The notes beneath the pieces are model-generated. The model made no database searches, was not told the DNA's origin, and saw only the letters and a program-made list of their open reading frames with translations. From contig JAGXNO010000002.1 in the NCBI GenBank assembly GCA_019894975.1, positions 64,001-128,000 on the forward strand: DNA of 64,000 nucleotides, read 5' to 3'. The position numbers and the translations under genes are program-made. Positions 9,815-19,886 of this stretch are shown here, in pieces. The stretch comes from Promethearchaeota archaeon (lineage in GTDB: Archaea > Asgardarchaeota > Lokiarchaeia > Sigyniarchaeales > SOKP01). The stretch's first letter is position 1, and each line of letters opens with the position of its first letter.

Positions 9815-10408
9815 AATCTATTTTTTAACAATGAGAAGAAAAAATCGTAACAAGAAATTATCAATTGTCGATCAGGAAAAAATAGAAATTGCTTATAATT
9901 GTTGGCTATTAAGATCCGAAGATAATTTGACTGTTAAGATAGATCTCTCATGGGTTTCTCGAATCTATAGGCTCTTTTCAATCATCCTAATTTTGGGAGC
10001 AATACTTTCTTTATTTTTATGCATAATTTTAAAAGAGATCAATTCAGGATTGGTTGCGTTTGTTATTTTATTTGTTTGCGCATTACCTTTTATTTATAGA
10101 TATGTTTATTTCAAAATTCAGACCCACATTTTAATATTTGATAAATCATCGCAAATGGTTACATTTCTTAAGGTGTTTTCTAATATAAAAAAAAAAATTA
10201 GTAACCTAAATTTTTCTGAAATCGAATCACTAATTTGTGGAGAGGATCCCAGAGATTTAAGCATTTATAAATTAGAATTTGTGATAAGAGATAATAAAGT
10301 TAAGGTGTACTATGGGGAAAAGGATCTCTGTAAAAAACTCGGAAATTATATATCTAATTTCATGCAAAAACCTCTAAAATACAAATAATACTTAATCTAT
10401 TTTTAACA
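9815..10408 (+). repeat. 15-16 bp direct repeat AATCTATTTTT(T)AACA flanking the 9831-10388 gene
   Basis: Copies at 9815-9830 and 10394-10408 differ by one T. Confidence 0.6.
9831..10388 (+). CDS. hypothetical membrane protein (2 TM helices plus small beta-rich cytoplasmic domain)
   Basis: Two hydrophobic segments at aa ~48-92; 185 aa ORF flanked by a short direct repeat. Confidence 0.7.
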   Translation: MRRKNRNKKLSIVDQEKIEIAYNCWLLRSEDNLTVKIDLSWVSRIYRLFSIILILGAILSLFLCIILKEINSGLVAFVILFVCALPFIYRYVYFKIQTHILIFDKSSQMVTFLKVFSNIKKKISNLNFSEIESLICGEDPRDLSIYKLEFVIRDNKVKVYYGEKDLCKKLGNYISNFMQKPLKYK

Positions 10409-10411
10409 CGG

Positions 10412-10465
10412 GTTACTGACGTTTTTAGTGTGGATCTTGAGGATGTGGCTAAACAAAAACTTGAG
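10412..10465 (+). pseudogene. third, decayed smc 3'-end fragment
   Basis: Translates VTDVFSVDLEDVAKQKLE versus SMC ITDIFSVDLEEEAKRLLE (12/18 identical; smc 9713-9766). Confidence 0.85.
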
Positions 10466-10487
10466 TTTAAAATAAAAATAAGAAATT

Positions 10488-12956
10488 TTAGGTTCCTTTT
10501 CTGCATTTACTACAGGGTTCAATGTTTTGGTTAACTAGCCGTTTAAAGTATTTGGGAGTCATCGTAAACTGATGTCGCCTCTGACATGTAATGTGTACTT
10601 TTTTAGTATTGTTTTCGTATTCTGAGCTGAGAGTATATTTCAAGGATTCAATCATCTGGACGAATTCTTTTTTCGCGGTTAGTAGGCGTTCTCTATTCGG
10701 ATGGTTTTCCTCTGCGCAGAATTTGCACCAGCTTCCTTGGTAAACAGCACCTGGGGTGGTGTTCCACGTGTGGTTTTTGTTACATTTTATAGTGATGGGT
10801 CTGAACCGTCCTTTATATGGGGTTACGAGCTGCCCTCCTTTATTCTTAACAAAGTGCTGAAATTTTTCAGCAAATACATCCATATTGCATTTGGGGCAAA
10901 GAAACTCAATATCTTTATAGGTCCTTTTTAACCAATATGGTGACTTTATGGTAAATTTATGTGCTTTTGGACATTTATACATTAATGGCGTTTTAGCATT
11001 AACATATTCACTAATCAATTCACAATTAAACATTTGCCCTATTTCTCGAAATTCTTCTGTTGTACCTTTTTTATTTCCAGCACATTCTGAGCACCAATTG
11101 TCTTTATAAACGGAATCTGGTGTGGTGGTCCACTGGTGCCCCTTTTCACACATAAGAGTTACTTCCTTTTTTTGTGAAAAATATGGTGTTATTAAAGTAC
11201 CTCCTAGGTTTTCGACATATTCTCTAAATTTTTTCGCGTGTTTATTTTCATGAATATTAAATTCTTTATAATCATATCTCGGGATGTCTTTTAGAGTCTT
11301 ACCTGTTTTTCTTTCATATTCTTGTTCGATATAGTCTTGCATGTTATCGTAGGGAACGATTTCGTCATCTGGGATTTGAAGGAGGGTAACTCCATTTTCC
11401 TCGCACAGTTTTAATTTGAGAGCGTCTTCTTTCTGTATATTTTTTAGCTCCTCATCAGTTTTTCGAAAAGCTTTTTTCCGGTGTTGGATTCCTTGATATT
11501 CGAAGGCTAATTGTAGATCTTTGTTGTATCCGTCAAGTTCCATTTGATTCCCGTTTTCATTAATCAACCATTCGGGATAACTTTTTGGGAACGGTCTTTT
11601 AAAAATCTTTTCGAAGAATTTTCTACAAATTGCCTCACTCACGTATATGTGACAATGTGGACACCAAGTGTCTTGATACGCTACGCTTTCATATGTGGGA
11701 AAAAAGTGATGGCCTTCAGCACATTCAAGGTGTAGTCTCGATTTAGCATTTTTCAAGGATTTTGTATGACATTTTCCCTTCTTTTTAGCGACGATTTCCC
11801 TTATGGTATCTATTGAGACATGTGTCTGGGTTCGTACATATTGTTGATATTGCTCTTTAGTGAAAATCCTATTTAATTGGTTTCGAGTGGAAGTATCGCT
11901 GAGTAAGAGCCATTCTTGAAGGTCGTATGCGTTGTATTTACCCGGATTTTCCATCATTTTTGCTTTAATAACCTTGTTTAAAGTGTCATTTTCTCTTATT
12001 TTTGTTGCGAGAGAGGAAAAGTTTGAAATTATTCCCATCTGGTGTTTGATTGTGCTGGTCCTGTCATCCTTGGGCAATTTGGCCAATTTTCTTCCCTTCT
12101 CATCTATGAAGTTGATAAAGGTCTTGGTTGGTTGGAAATTTTTCATCCAATTACCGGATTTATTGAATTCAATGATATATTGTTTTATTGGTTCAATGTT
12201 ATGGAGATACTCTAAAAATCCATCAAATAAGGCTCCTTGAGTCTTAATCGGATTATCATTGCTAATGTTATTCTGTTGATTTCCTAAGGCAGAACTGCTA
12301 AAATCCGATTCAAATGCTTTTAGATCATCTCGTATAACGTGTTCAAATCGAGGGGGTTCAGGATCATCCCACAGCTCAGTGATTATGATAAACACTTCCC
12401 TTATCAACCACCGCAAATAAATGACAAAATCTTGGCAAAACCTCTTATTTACTTTGATTTTTTTTTGTAATAATTTTAGCCACTTATCGAACTCTTTCTC
12501 ACGCATGTTGTATAGGTGTATTAGAAATTTATTTTTAACTCGAACTTGATGGTCCATAATTGGGCTAATCTTTTCGTAGAGATCATTAATGGTCTCTTGG
12601 TTTAATTCCAATTCTCTTCTAATTTGAGTCGTTTCATATTCTAATGATCGTATGTGAGGGAAAACGAGTCGAGCCACCACAATTTTAAAATCATCTCTAA
12701 ACCTTACGGGGAAGTCAGAGTCTTTAAATACCCGTTCTATTGGGCTTTTTCGGTTTCGAAGTCTATTATAAACACTTGAGAAAAAACCATTTGTTTGATT
12801 ATTATTATCGATTTTAATATCAATTTCAGTATCATCCTCTCTTTCTTTTTTGATTTCTGTACCACAATTTTGACAAACAATCGATTCACTGATATTAGTA
12901 GTGTTCAGAAGCTCTGCGGGAAACTTTGTCCCACAGTAATCGCAATTTTCATCCAT
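10488..12956 (-). CDS. multi-zinc-ribbon PD-(D/E)XK (Vsr/restriction-like) endonuclease, homing-endonuclease-like
   Basis: N-terminal CxxC..CxxC; nuclease core SEAICR...ELDGYNKDLQLAFEYQGIQH; five C-x3-H...CxxC repeats (CAEGH, CEKGH, CPKAH, CNKNH, CQRRH). Confidence 0.8.
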   Translation of the reverse strand: MDENCDYCGTKFPAELLNTTNISESIVCQNCGTEIKKEREDDTEIDIKIDNNNQTNGFFSSVYNRLRNRKSPIERVFKDSDFPVRFRDDFKIVVARLVFPHIRSLEYETTQIRRELELNQETINDLYEKISPIMDHQVRVKNKFLIHLYNMREKEFDKWLKLLQKKIKVNKRFCQDFVIYLRWLIREVFIIITELWDDPEPPRFEHVIRDDLKAFESDFSSSALGNQQNNISNDNPIKTQGALFDGFLEYLHNIEPIKQYIIEFNKSGNWMKNFQPTKTFINFIDEKGRKLAKLPKDDRTSTIKHQMGIISNFSSLATKIRENDTLNKVIKAKMMENPGKYNAYDLQEWLLLSDTSTRNQLNRIFTKEQYQQYVRTQTHVSIDTIREIVAKKKGKCHTKSLKNAKSRLHLECAEGHHFFPTYESVAYQDTWCPHCHIYVSEAICRKFFEKIFKRPFPKSYPEWLINENGNQMELDGYNKDLQLAFEYQGIQHRKKAFRKTDEELKNIQKEDALKLKLCEENGVTLLQIPDDEIVPYDNMQDYIEQEYERKTGKTLKDIPRYDYKEFNIHENKHAKKFREYVENLGGTLITPYFSQKKEVTLMCEKGHQWTTTPDSVYKDNWCSECAGNKKGTTEEFREIGQMFNCELISEYVNAKTPLMYKCPKAHKFTIKSPYWLKRTYKDIEFLCPKCNMDVFAEKFQHFVKNKGGQLVTPYKGRFRPITIKCNKNHTWNTTPGAVYQGSWCKFCAEENHPNRERLLTAKKEFVQMIESLKYTLSSEYENNTKKVHITCQRRHQFTMTPKYFKRLVNQNIEPCSKCRKGT

Positions 12957-13144
12957 TTAACTGCAATAGAGTTAGGAGTATATAAAGAAAAAGATATAAC
13001 AATATATTTAATTCAAATATCTTCTCTAATTTTTTTCATTTTTTCTCTAATTATAACTACCTTACACAAAATTCTGCCCGACAAACTATATATAAAGGAT
13101 TTACAATTATCCAAGATTAGTACAAAAATTTAGGTAAAAAAAAT

Positions 13145-14224
13145 ATGAAAACAACACGAAAATTACTATTAATCAGCTTCTTGTGTATACCGCTAACTAC
13201 TCTCCTCCTGATTCCTATGGCACCTGCTCAAGATATTATCTACGATGGAGCGGATACAGAGAATTGTCCATCTTTTTCTGTCTACCCTTCTGAAGTGTAT
13301 GAGTTTAATGTAACTGATGAGAATCCATCATTCCAGAGATTTCCTGAGAGTTATGATAAAATTATAATTCAAAAAGCAAATGTATCGGATCTCAACGTGA
13401 ATACTATTCCACCTCTTATCTATGGGAACGGTGTCAATGTATGGAGTACGATATATGAGATAAATGCGACTTCTGGAACAATCGACTGGTCTCACACAAA
13501 TTGGCTTTCTGCGTATTGGAACGAAAGTCTTGGGTTTTGTGGAACATTGAATTTAGCTTCTTCTGTAGCCCCATTCATCCCGTTGGATAGTGGCACAGGA
13601 ACAGTCTCAGTATCCATTCTAAATGCAGTTATTGATTGGATCAACTATTCTCAAGTTAAGTTTGAGCATAGGAAAATATACCCCGCCATCCATTCTTTCC
13701 ATATTTGGAATGAGTCAGTGACTCATTTTATAAAAGCTAATTACACTGAAGATGGAATCTTACTCAAGAGTGAAAATAATTTTGAATTTGACTGGGCATT
13801 TAATTACTCCTTGATGTCGCAACCAGCCCAATTACCACCTGTGTTTTCCTTTGCAACTACTAGCGGTCTCTCGACGGTACCTTCAAGACATATTTCGCTC
13901 GATCTTACAATTCCTGCTGCGGACAATAATAACGACGGATTGCCAGATACAGACTATCAATACAGTGTCTTTGAAAGTGGAGTGTGGTCAGATTGGGGTA
14001 TAGTGACTCCTTTTATCGACTATGATCTCGGATCAGTTCCGGCAGGGAATTACACTCTCACAGTCGAAGTGAAGAACATGTACGGTATTACCCAAGAGCA
14101 AATCGAAGTTGAATATATTCCTTCCAGCAGTGATGCGATTCCGGGATATTCCGCATTAATCATTTTAGTAATCTTAGGATTTAGTGTTTCTATTCTACTC
14201 GGTAAATATAGAAAAAAGTTGTAA
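13145..14224 (+). CDS. Loki-CTERM cell-surface protein (paralog A)
   Basis: Signal peptide, many NxS/T sequons, Ig-like C-terminal domain, AIPGY + TM + basic tail. Confidence 0.85.
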   Translation: MKTTRKLLLISFLCIPLTTLLLIPMAPAQDIIYDGADTENCPSFSVYPSEVYEFNVTDENPSFQRFPESYDKIIIQKANVSDLNVNTIPPLIYGNGVNVWSTIYEINATSGTIDWSHTNWLSAYWNESLGFCGTLNLASSVAPFIPLDSGTGTVSVSILNAVIDWINYSQVKFEHRKIYPAIHSFHIWNESVTHFIKANYTEDGILLKSENNFEFDWAFNYSLMSQPAQLPPVFSFATTSGLSTVPSRHISLDLTIPAADNNNDGLPDTDYQYSVFESGVWSDWGIVTPFIDYDLGSVPAGNYTLTVEVKNMYGITQEQIEVEYIPSSSDAIPGYSALIILVILGFSVSILLGKYRKKL

Positions 14225-14283
14225 TACTAAATTTATAATTATTTTTTATTCTTTTTTTATGTTCTTTAATAATATTTTCTACT

Positions 14284-14580
14284 CTAGTAATCTTTGTTTA
14301 GAAGCTCTTCTGGGATTTTATAGGTAAGACCCTCAACTCCATGAAATTTAATCATCGTAGTAGCAATTCTTTTCCTTAATTCTAGATAATTTCCTTCAGT
14401 TGGTTGCCAAGCAGATACCGCACTAATTCCCTTTTCATCGGTACCAAAACATAACGGTAAAGGATTCGTCCCGATTTCAGCAGCATCAGGATCAGGATTC
14501 TCAAATAGTTTTTGCAGAATACTTCCTACTTCCACGGACTTACTTGGGGGATACCACATAGTAACAATTATGACTGGCAT
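14284..14580 (-). CDS. small hypothetical protein
   Basis: 98 aa ORF with a GGTGA-type SD upstream and a plausible alpha/beta pattern. Confidence 0.7.
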   Translation of the reverse strand: MPVIIVTMWYPPSKSVEVGSILQKLFENPDPDAAEIGTNPLPLCFGTDEKGISAVSAWQPTEGNYLELRKRIATTMIKFHGVEGLTYKIPEELLNKDY

Positions 14581-14712
14581 TTTTCACCCTCTTTAAATTT
14601 CTAACCATTCTATGAATTTCTCTTAAAAATGATGGTTAAGGAGTTTTGAAGAGTGTATCTTACTTAAACTTTTTTCAATTATGTCTAGAAACAGATTAAT
14701 TTGATTTGGATT

Positions 14713-16710
14713 TCATCTTTTCAAACGCTTTCTACCAAGGTATATGACTTCACAGCAGAATATTCCTGCTAATATGATTATACCATAGAACAGAATATCA
14801 TTTATAGTAATTTGGCTATTAATGGTGATTTCGGTATCACTTTCAGGAGCTTCCTCATATTGAAAGATGTAAAGAGTTTTCCAAGGAACCTTATTTCCGA
14901 CTGTATCTTTTGTGCTGACTCTTAAGTAATAAGTACCGTTAGACACTGAGGGTGGATCGAAAACGGTGTAAGCGGTAAAAGAATTAGAGATTCCGTTGGG
15001 ATCGGTGCCCCAATAATAATAATAACCGGCAACGTCCGTGTGATAATCAGATCCATCTCCCCACACAAAGATGGGATTAGAAACATTATTCTGAGTTACA
15101 CCACTTTGAGTTGAACCCGCTAGTTGATTACAAGTTGTCGGGTTCTCTGGGGCCGTACCGTCATATTTAAAAGTATAATACGTCATCCAGGAAGCATTAT
15201 TTCCAAAGTTATCCTTGGTTTTTATCCGTAAATAATAAATTCCAGTGTTTACTTGCGATGGATCAAGTTCAGGATCTGTTGTGAAAGAAATAGATGTCCC
15301 ATCGGGATCTGTGCCCCAATAATAGTAATATCCTTCCACACCGGCTCCTGAATCTGAGCCACTGGTCCAATTAAAGGAAGGATCATTAACTAGACCTTGC
15401 CATTTATCGCTTTCTGTATTCCCGATTAATTGTTCACAACCGAGTGGGTTAGTTGGAGCAGTTGCATCTATTTCTAATTTATAGTCCGAAATAAAATTCC
15501 CGTTGTTGTTTTCATTGAATTCATCAAGATAATCATCTACATCGATAATCCATCCAACATAGTAATCCCCACCAGGAATATTATCTGGTAAAATACCTGA
15601 CCATTGAGAATCAGTAGATTCAGTAGGAGGGAGAGTGGTTATTACGTCTGTTCCAATCAAATAGTCATCGTCTGAGAAGGTGGTATCAGGTGAAGCATAA
15701 AACGAAACGGTGAAAGGACTTGGTGTAGTTGTTCCAACATTTATGATTTTACAAGAAACTTCAAAATTAGTCACTCCAGCACCACCTAGGGTTGGAGTAA
15801 AACTTGCAAACTCATTACTTTCAGAAGCTAAATCAGGTTTATCAAGTAAAGTCTCATCAGCAGTAATCCAATTATTAATGCAATCGCGTTTATTCCAGTT
15901 AATTCTTGGCCCAAAATTAATTCCCATGCCAATCCAACTGTATGCAACGATAGAAAAGATACGACAGTTTGTTCCATCATATCTATATACGGGGCTTCCA
16001 CTTTGACCCCCTTCAATATCTAAACAATAAGAATGAGTATACTCATGGGCATCAATTCCATGGTCATGAGTCGAATACAAATTTTTTCCATTATCTAAAT
16101 CATACGGATAACCTGCTGTATTAAATATTCCGGTATAAATTGGATTCCAAGGAGAGGTCGTATACAGTTCCATCCATCCAGTCTGTAGTCCAATATCTCT
16201 ATCAAGTGTTAGTACAGCGAAATCATGATTACGATCCTCGTCACTTATCCACCGAGTATAAGTCCGCATGTTGATTGCCCATGCATGCCCAAATGGTTCA
16301 TTTCCATTATCAGCTCCCGGAACAACTTTTACACTATTTGCCCATCCTCCCCGTTCTTGAGAATAGACGCAATGCCCTGCGGTTAGTACGTGATTTTTAT
16401 CTATCATTGTACCTGAGCCATAAGTATTATAATCGTCCCATGACACAAATATTTTAACAATTGAACTCCAAGGATAACTGGTAGTGGGTGTAATTCGTAC
16501 TCTGTCATCAGTTCCACTTACATCACTTGGTACTATAAAAGAATTATCATCTTTTGAAGATTCAGGAACATTATAATTTGTTTTGGAATCAATCAAATAA
16601 TATGAAATTGTGAAAGATGTAATCAAGATGAGGAAAAGAGCCAATTTTTTATAGATAGGTTTTTTATCTGCCTTCTTATTATGATAATGAAATTTTACTT
16701 TTGGAATCAA
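14713..16710 (-). CDS. membrane-anchored trypsin-like (V8/glutamyl endopeptidase-type) serine protease with CARDB-like and two FN3-like repeats
   Basis: LTAGHC, HDFAV, GGQSGSP triad; PDL...DEFNENNN CARDB pattern; two ~100 aa repeats containing GYYYYWGTDP; N- and C-terminal TM segments. Confidence 0.9.
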   Translation of the reverse strand: MIPKVKFHYHNKKADKKPIYKKLALFLILITSFTISYYLIDSKTNYNVPESSKDDNSFIVPSDVSGTDDRVRITPTTSYPWSSIVKIFVSWDDYNTYGSGTMIDKNHVLTAGHCVYSQERGGWANSVKVVPGADNGNEPFGHAWAINMRTYTRWISDEDRNHDFAVLTLDRDIGLQTGWMELYTTSPWNPIYTGIFNTAGYPYDLDNGKNLYSTHDHGIDAHEYTHSYCLDIEGGQSGSPVYRYDGTNCRIFSIVAYSWIGMGINFGPRINWNKRDCINNWITADETLLDKPDLASESNEFASFTPTLGGAGVTNFEVSCKIINVGTTTPSPFTVSFYASPDTTFSDDDYLIGTDVITTLPPTESTDSQWSGILPDNIPGGDYYVGWIIDVDDYLDEFNENNNGNFISDYKLEIDATAPTNPLGCEQLIGNTESDKWQGLVNDPSFNWTSGSDSGAGVEGYYYYWGTDPDGTSISFTTDPELDPSQVNTGIYYLRIKTKDNFGNNASWMTYYTFKYDGTAPENPTTCNQLAGSTQSGVTQNNVSNPIFVWGDGSDYHTDVAGYYYYWGTDPNGISNSFTAYTVFDPPSVSNGTYYLRVSTKDTVGNKVPWKTLYIFQYEEAPESDTEITINSQITINDILFYGIIILAGIFCCEVIYLGRKRLKR

Positions 16711-16813
16711 GATATAACACGAAATTTCATCTAATTAATAGTACTTTTTAGAAAAAAGAATAAAAAGGAGACTATATTTCTTTCAAATATCATTTCTAAA
16801 AAATGATTACCAA

Positions 16814-18595
16814 ATGACAAATAACAAAACTATTACTAAAAAAGGATTAGTTTTCATTTTTCTATTGTTTCTAAATATAATCTCGTCAGTGTCTGTTTCT
16901 TATTCAACAGTAAAAACATCGGATCCCCTCCCCGAACTTTCTTATTCATGGCAGGATACGGTGTTTAGTTTTTCTCAAGAGTTAGATTGGGAAAATGAAA
17001 CGGTTACTATTGAAGATAGTAGTAATTATTCAGAGGTATATAATTCGATTCATTATACCTATAATTATGTTATCAATCGGTATATTGTAGAGAATCGAAC
17101 CGTATATCATACGGCAAATTATTCTTCTGCAATTGAACGAGTAACTACCGGAAATATGACACTTAATATGAATACGGACGTTTACCGAGTTAATATTGAT
17201 TACGGCTCAGGAGTAAAGCTTATATGGTTTGCTATGACACGAGGAACAATTAATTATGAATACTATCTGAAAAAAGATGTAAAAAGTTATACCTATTATG
17301 AACAGAACGACCGCCATATCGTAAGCCATTTTGAGGAACGGGATTTATCTACTGATGTACTAACAGATGAGTGGGATGAGATCTCCGATATCCCTGGGGA
17401 AGTAAATACTACTGTATCAGATAAAAAGGAATGGTATCCCTTTTTTAAGCGTTTATATTGGTCGGCAGACATGGTGAAACCAATGATATTAACCGTCCAA
17501 ATCTTCAATACTGAAAAGAACGATAAAATCGCGTGGGCTCATTTATTTCACGAGCTCTTTATATTTAAAGATAAGAATTCGGATTCCATCCTCACGATTC
17601 ATGATGAGGAAGAGTCGACTTCCCTTCCTACTATTGCTACTGGTACTGAGTTTGCGGGGATTGTGAACCCAATGGCGATAAATCAATACACCGAAAGGGA
17701 CACAAACGAATCGACACCTACACAGTCATGGAGTAGTTTTCCTTCCGATAAGCCGTTAGAAGAGATTGCTTCACAAATTGAGTTTATTCCGCCCACAGAA
17801 ACGTCAACTGCCAATGTGTCATGGGGAATTAAATATCCGAATACTCCGCTTTATTTAGGTCTCTTTGATAGCGAGCAACCTGGGAACAATTATGGTATCC
17901 CTTACAATGCCACCTATGAAGATATGTCTCCAACAAACCTTTCTTATGGGTTTGATTTTAAAGTAGATGAGAGTGAGGCAAATTTAGATATAACTTGGGA
18001 GATGGGAAAGCTCACCAATACTTCGGCATATAACGCAGTTCAGGGCTATGGATTAGTTATGCCCCAATATAACTTCTTCCTTTCGAGTTTTGATATTGAT
18101 GAAGTTGATCAACCGTTTTTATCGGTACCTCGAGATACGTTTTCCTTCATGTCAAATGATACGGTTGTTGCCGAAATTAATATGGGAGCAAGTAAGAAAA
18201 ATTATACACTTTATAATTCTACCGCAAGCATGGAATCTGTATTTCCCTCAGCGGGAGGGAGTATTCATAAAAATGTACTTCAGTTTGTAAGTGAAAATTC
18301 ATTCTACGATAATCCTTTAATAAACGGGATATTCACTTTACGAGACGCGGTCGCTGCAGACACTTCATTTATCGTTCAAGACGACTTATTCAGTATGGAA
18401 ACTCAGAACTATCCTATATGGAGTGGAGAAAAAATCGTCCATGATCCTTCTCTGATAATATATCATGGAGAACCACCAGAAAGTCCTGCTGATGACGAGG
18501 CGATTCCGGGTTATAATCTTCCTCTATTAATAGGGGTTGTAGGTATAATGACTAGCATTATTGTACGAAAGTACCGAAATAAACATAACTCATAA
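16814..18595 (+). CDS. Loki-CTERM cell-surface glycoprotein
   Basis: Signal peptide, beta-rich acidic body, IVHDP motif, AIPGY + TM + RKYRNK. Confidence 0.85.
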   Translation: MTNNKTITKKGLVFIFLLFLNIISSVSVSYSTVKTSDPLPELSYSWQDTVFSFSQELDWENETVTIEDSSNYSEVYNSIHYTYNYVINRYIVENRTVYHTANYSSAIERVTTGNMTLNMNTDVYRVNIDYGSGVKLIWFAMTRGTINYEYYLKKDVKSYTYYEQNDRHIVSHFEERDLSTDVLTDEWDEISDIPGEVNTTVSDKKEWYPFFKRLYWSADMVKPMILTVQIFNTEKNDKIAWAHLFHELFIFKDKNSDSILTIHDEEESTSLPTIATGTEFAGIVNPMAINQYTERDTNESTPTQSWSSFPSDKPLEEIASQIEFIPPTETSTANVSWGIKYPNTPLYLGLFDSEQPGNNYGIPYNATYEDMSPTNLSYGFDFKVDESEANLDITWEMGKLTNTSAYNAVQGYGLVMPQYNFFLSSFDIDEVDQPFLSVPRDTFSFMSNDTVVAEINMGASKKNYTLYNSTASMESVFPSAGGSIHKNVLQFVSENSFYDNPLINGIFTLRDAVAADTSFIVQDDLFSMETQNYPIWSGEKIVHDPSLIIYHGEPPESPADDEAIPGYNLPLLIGVVGIMTSIIVRKYRNKHNS

Positions 18596-18726
18596 TAACT
18601 CATAATTTTTTCTTTCTTTTTTATTTTTTCTTTAAATTTATAGCTCATAAATAAGGAGTAATATAAAATTTATATATAGGGTTTTTAATTATCTATGATA
18701 AGAACAAAAATTTAGGTAAAAACATT

Positions 18727-19770
18727 ATGAAAGCAACACGAAAATTATTTGCAATTAGTCTCTTTGTCATGACTTTGAGTTCTCTGTTCCTAATTACCTT
18801 AGTCCCTGCCCAAGAGATAATTTATGAGGGTGTTGATACCCAGAAAATTCCAGACTTCTCGATTTATCCCTCAGAACGATATATTTGGAATATTTCGGGG
18901 GGAGCGGGTTTCCAAGATGAGGAGTATCGTATAGATCATATTATCAAATCCAATAGAACAGACGAGTTTGAACCAGATTTCGCTACTTACCCCGTAGACG
19001 GGACGAGTGTGTGGGCTGACAGATATGTGATGAATAGTACTTCCAGTGAGATTATTAACCTTGAACCGGAATTACAGGTTATATATTGGAATGAAACAGA
19101 AGATCCTACTAACTTTTATTATCTTCCATTTGAAAGCAGCGCTGTAACGTCAGATAATTTGATCGATTATTGGCGTGATGATCTATATAATCTAGAGGGC
19201 CCTTTTGAAAATGTTCAGAGCTATTATAATATCTACTCTTTCAAGCTTTGGAATGAGTCTTCTAATAACGCCTATATGTTTGTGAATTATTCAAGTCAAG
19301 GAATACTTCAATATATGGAGGCATTTGATGTTAGTATCTTCATGCCAAACATTACTTTGATGTCGCAACCAGCGCAATTACAACCAGCATTTTCTTTTGT
19401 CACTGCTAGCGGCCTCTCGACTGTGACTTCAACGCAGATTTCTCTTGATCTTACAATACCTACTGCTGATAATAATAATGACGGGCTCCCTGATACTGAC
19501 TACCAGTACCGCGTTTTCGAAGATGGAGTTTGGTCAAATTGGAATGTAGTGACTTCTTTTATCAACTATGACCTCGGATCAGTTCCGGCGGGGAATTACA
19601 CTCTTACTGTCGAAGTTAAGAACATGTACGGGATAACTCAAGAGCAAATCGAAGTCGAATATATCCCTTCAAGCAGTGATGCGATTCCCGGTTTTTCTGC
19701 TGTGTTGATATTAGTGATATTAGGATTTAGCGTAACCATTTTACTAAACAAGTATCGAAAAAAGATGTAG
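18727..19770 (+). CDS. Loki-CTERM cell-surface protein (paralog B of 13145-14224)
   Basis: C-terminal ~137 aa highly similar to paralog A; AIPGF + TM + basic tail. Confidence 0.85.
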   Translation: MKATRKLFAISLFVMTLSSLFLITLVPAQEIIYEGVDTQKIPDFSIYPSERYIWNISGGAGFQDEEYRIDHIIKSNRTDEFEPDFATYPVDGTSVWADRYVMNSTSSEIINLEPELQVIYWNETEDPTNFYYLPFESSAVTSDNLIDYWRDDLYNLEGPFENVQSYYNIYSFKLWNESSNNAYMFVNYSSQGILQYMEAFDVSIFMPNITLMSQPAQLQPAFSFVTASGLSTVTSTQISLDLTIPTADNNNDGLPDTDYQYRVFEDGVWSNWNVVTSFINYDLGSVPAGNYTLTVEVKNMYGITQEQIEVEYIPSSSDAIPGFSAVLILVILGFSVTILLNKYRKKM

Positions 19771-19886
19771 CTTAAACTCTTAATTTCTTTTCTTTTATTC
19801 TTTTTTTATAGTTCTTTGATAATATTTTCTACTCCAGTAATATTTGATAAGCTAAAAAGTATATTTAATAAAACTGAGATAAAACA

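Noticed and set aside
12795-13133. 112-aa plus-strand ORF
   Set aside because: Overlaps the endonuclease start and AT-rich promoter DNA; low-complexity translation.
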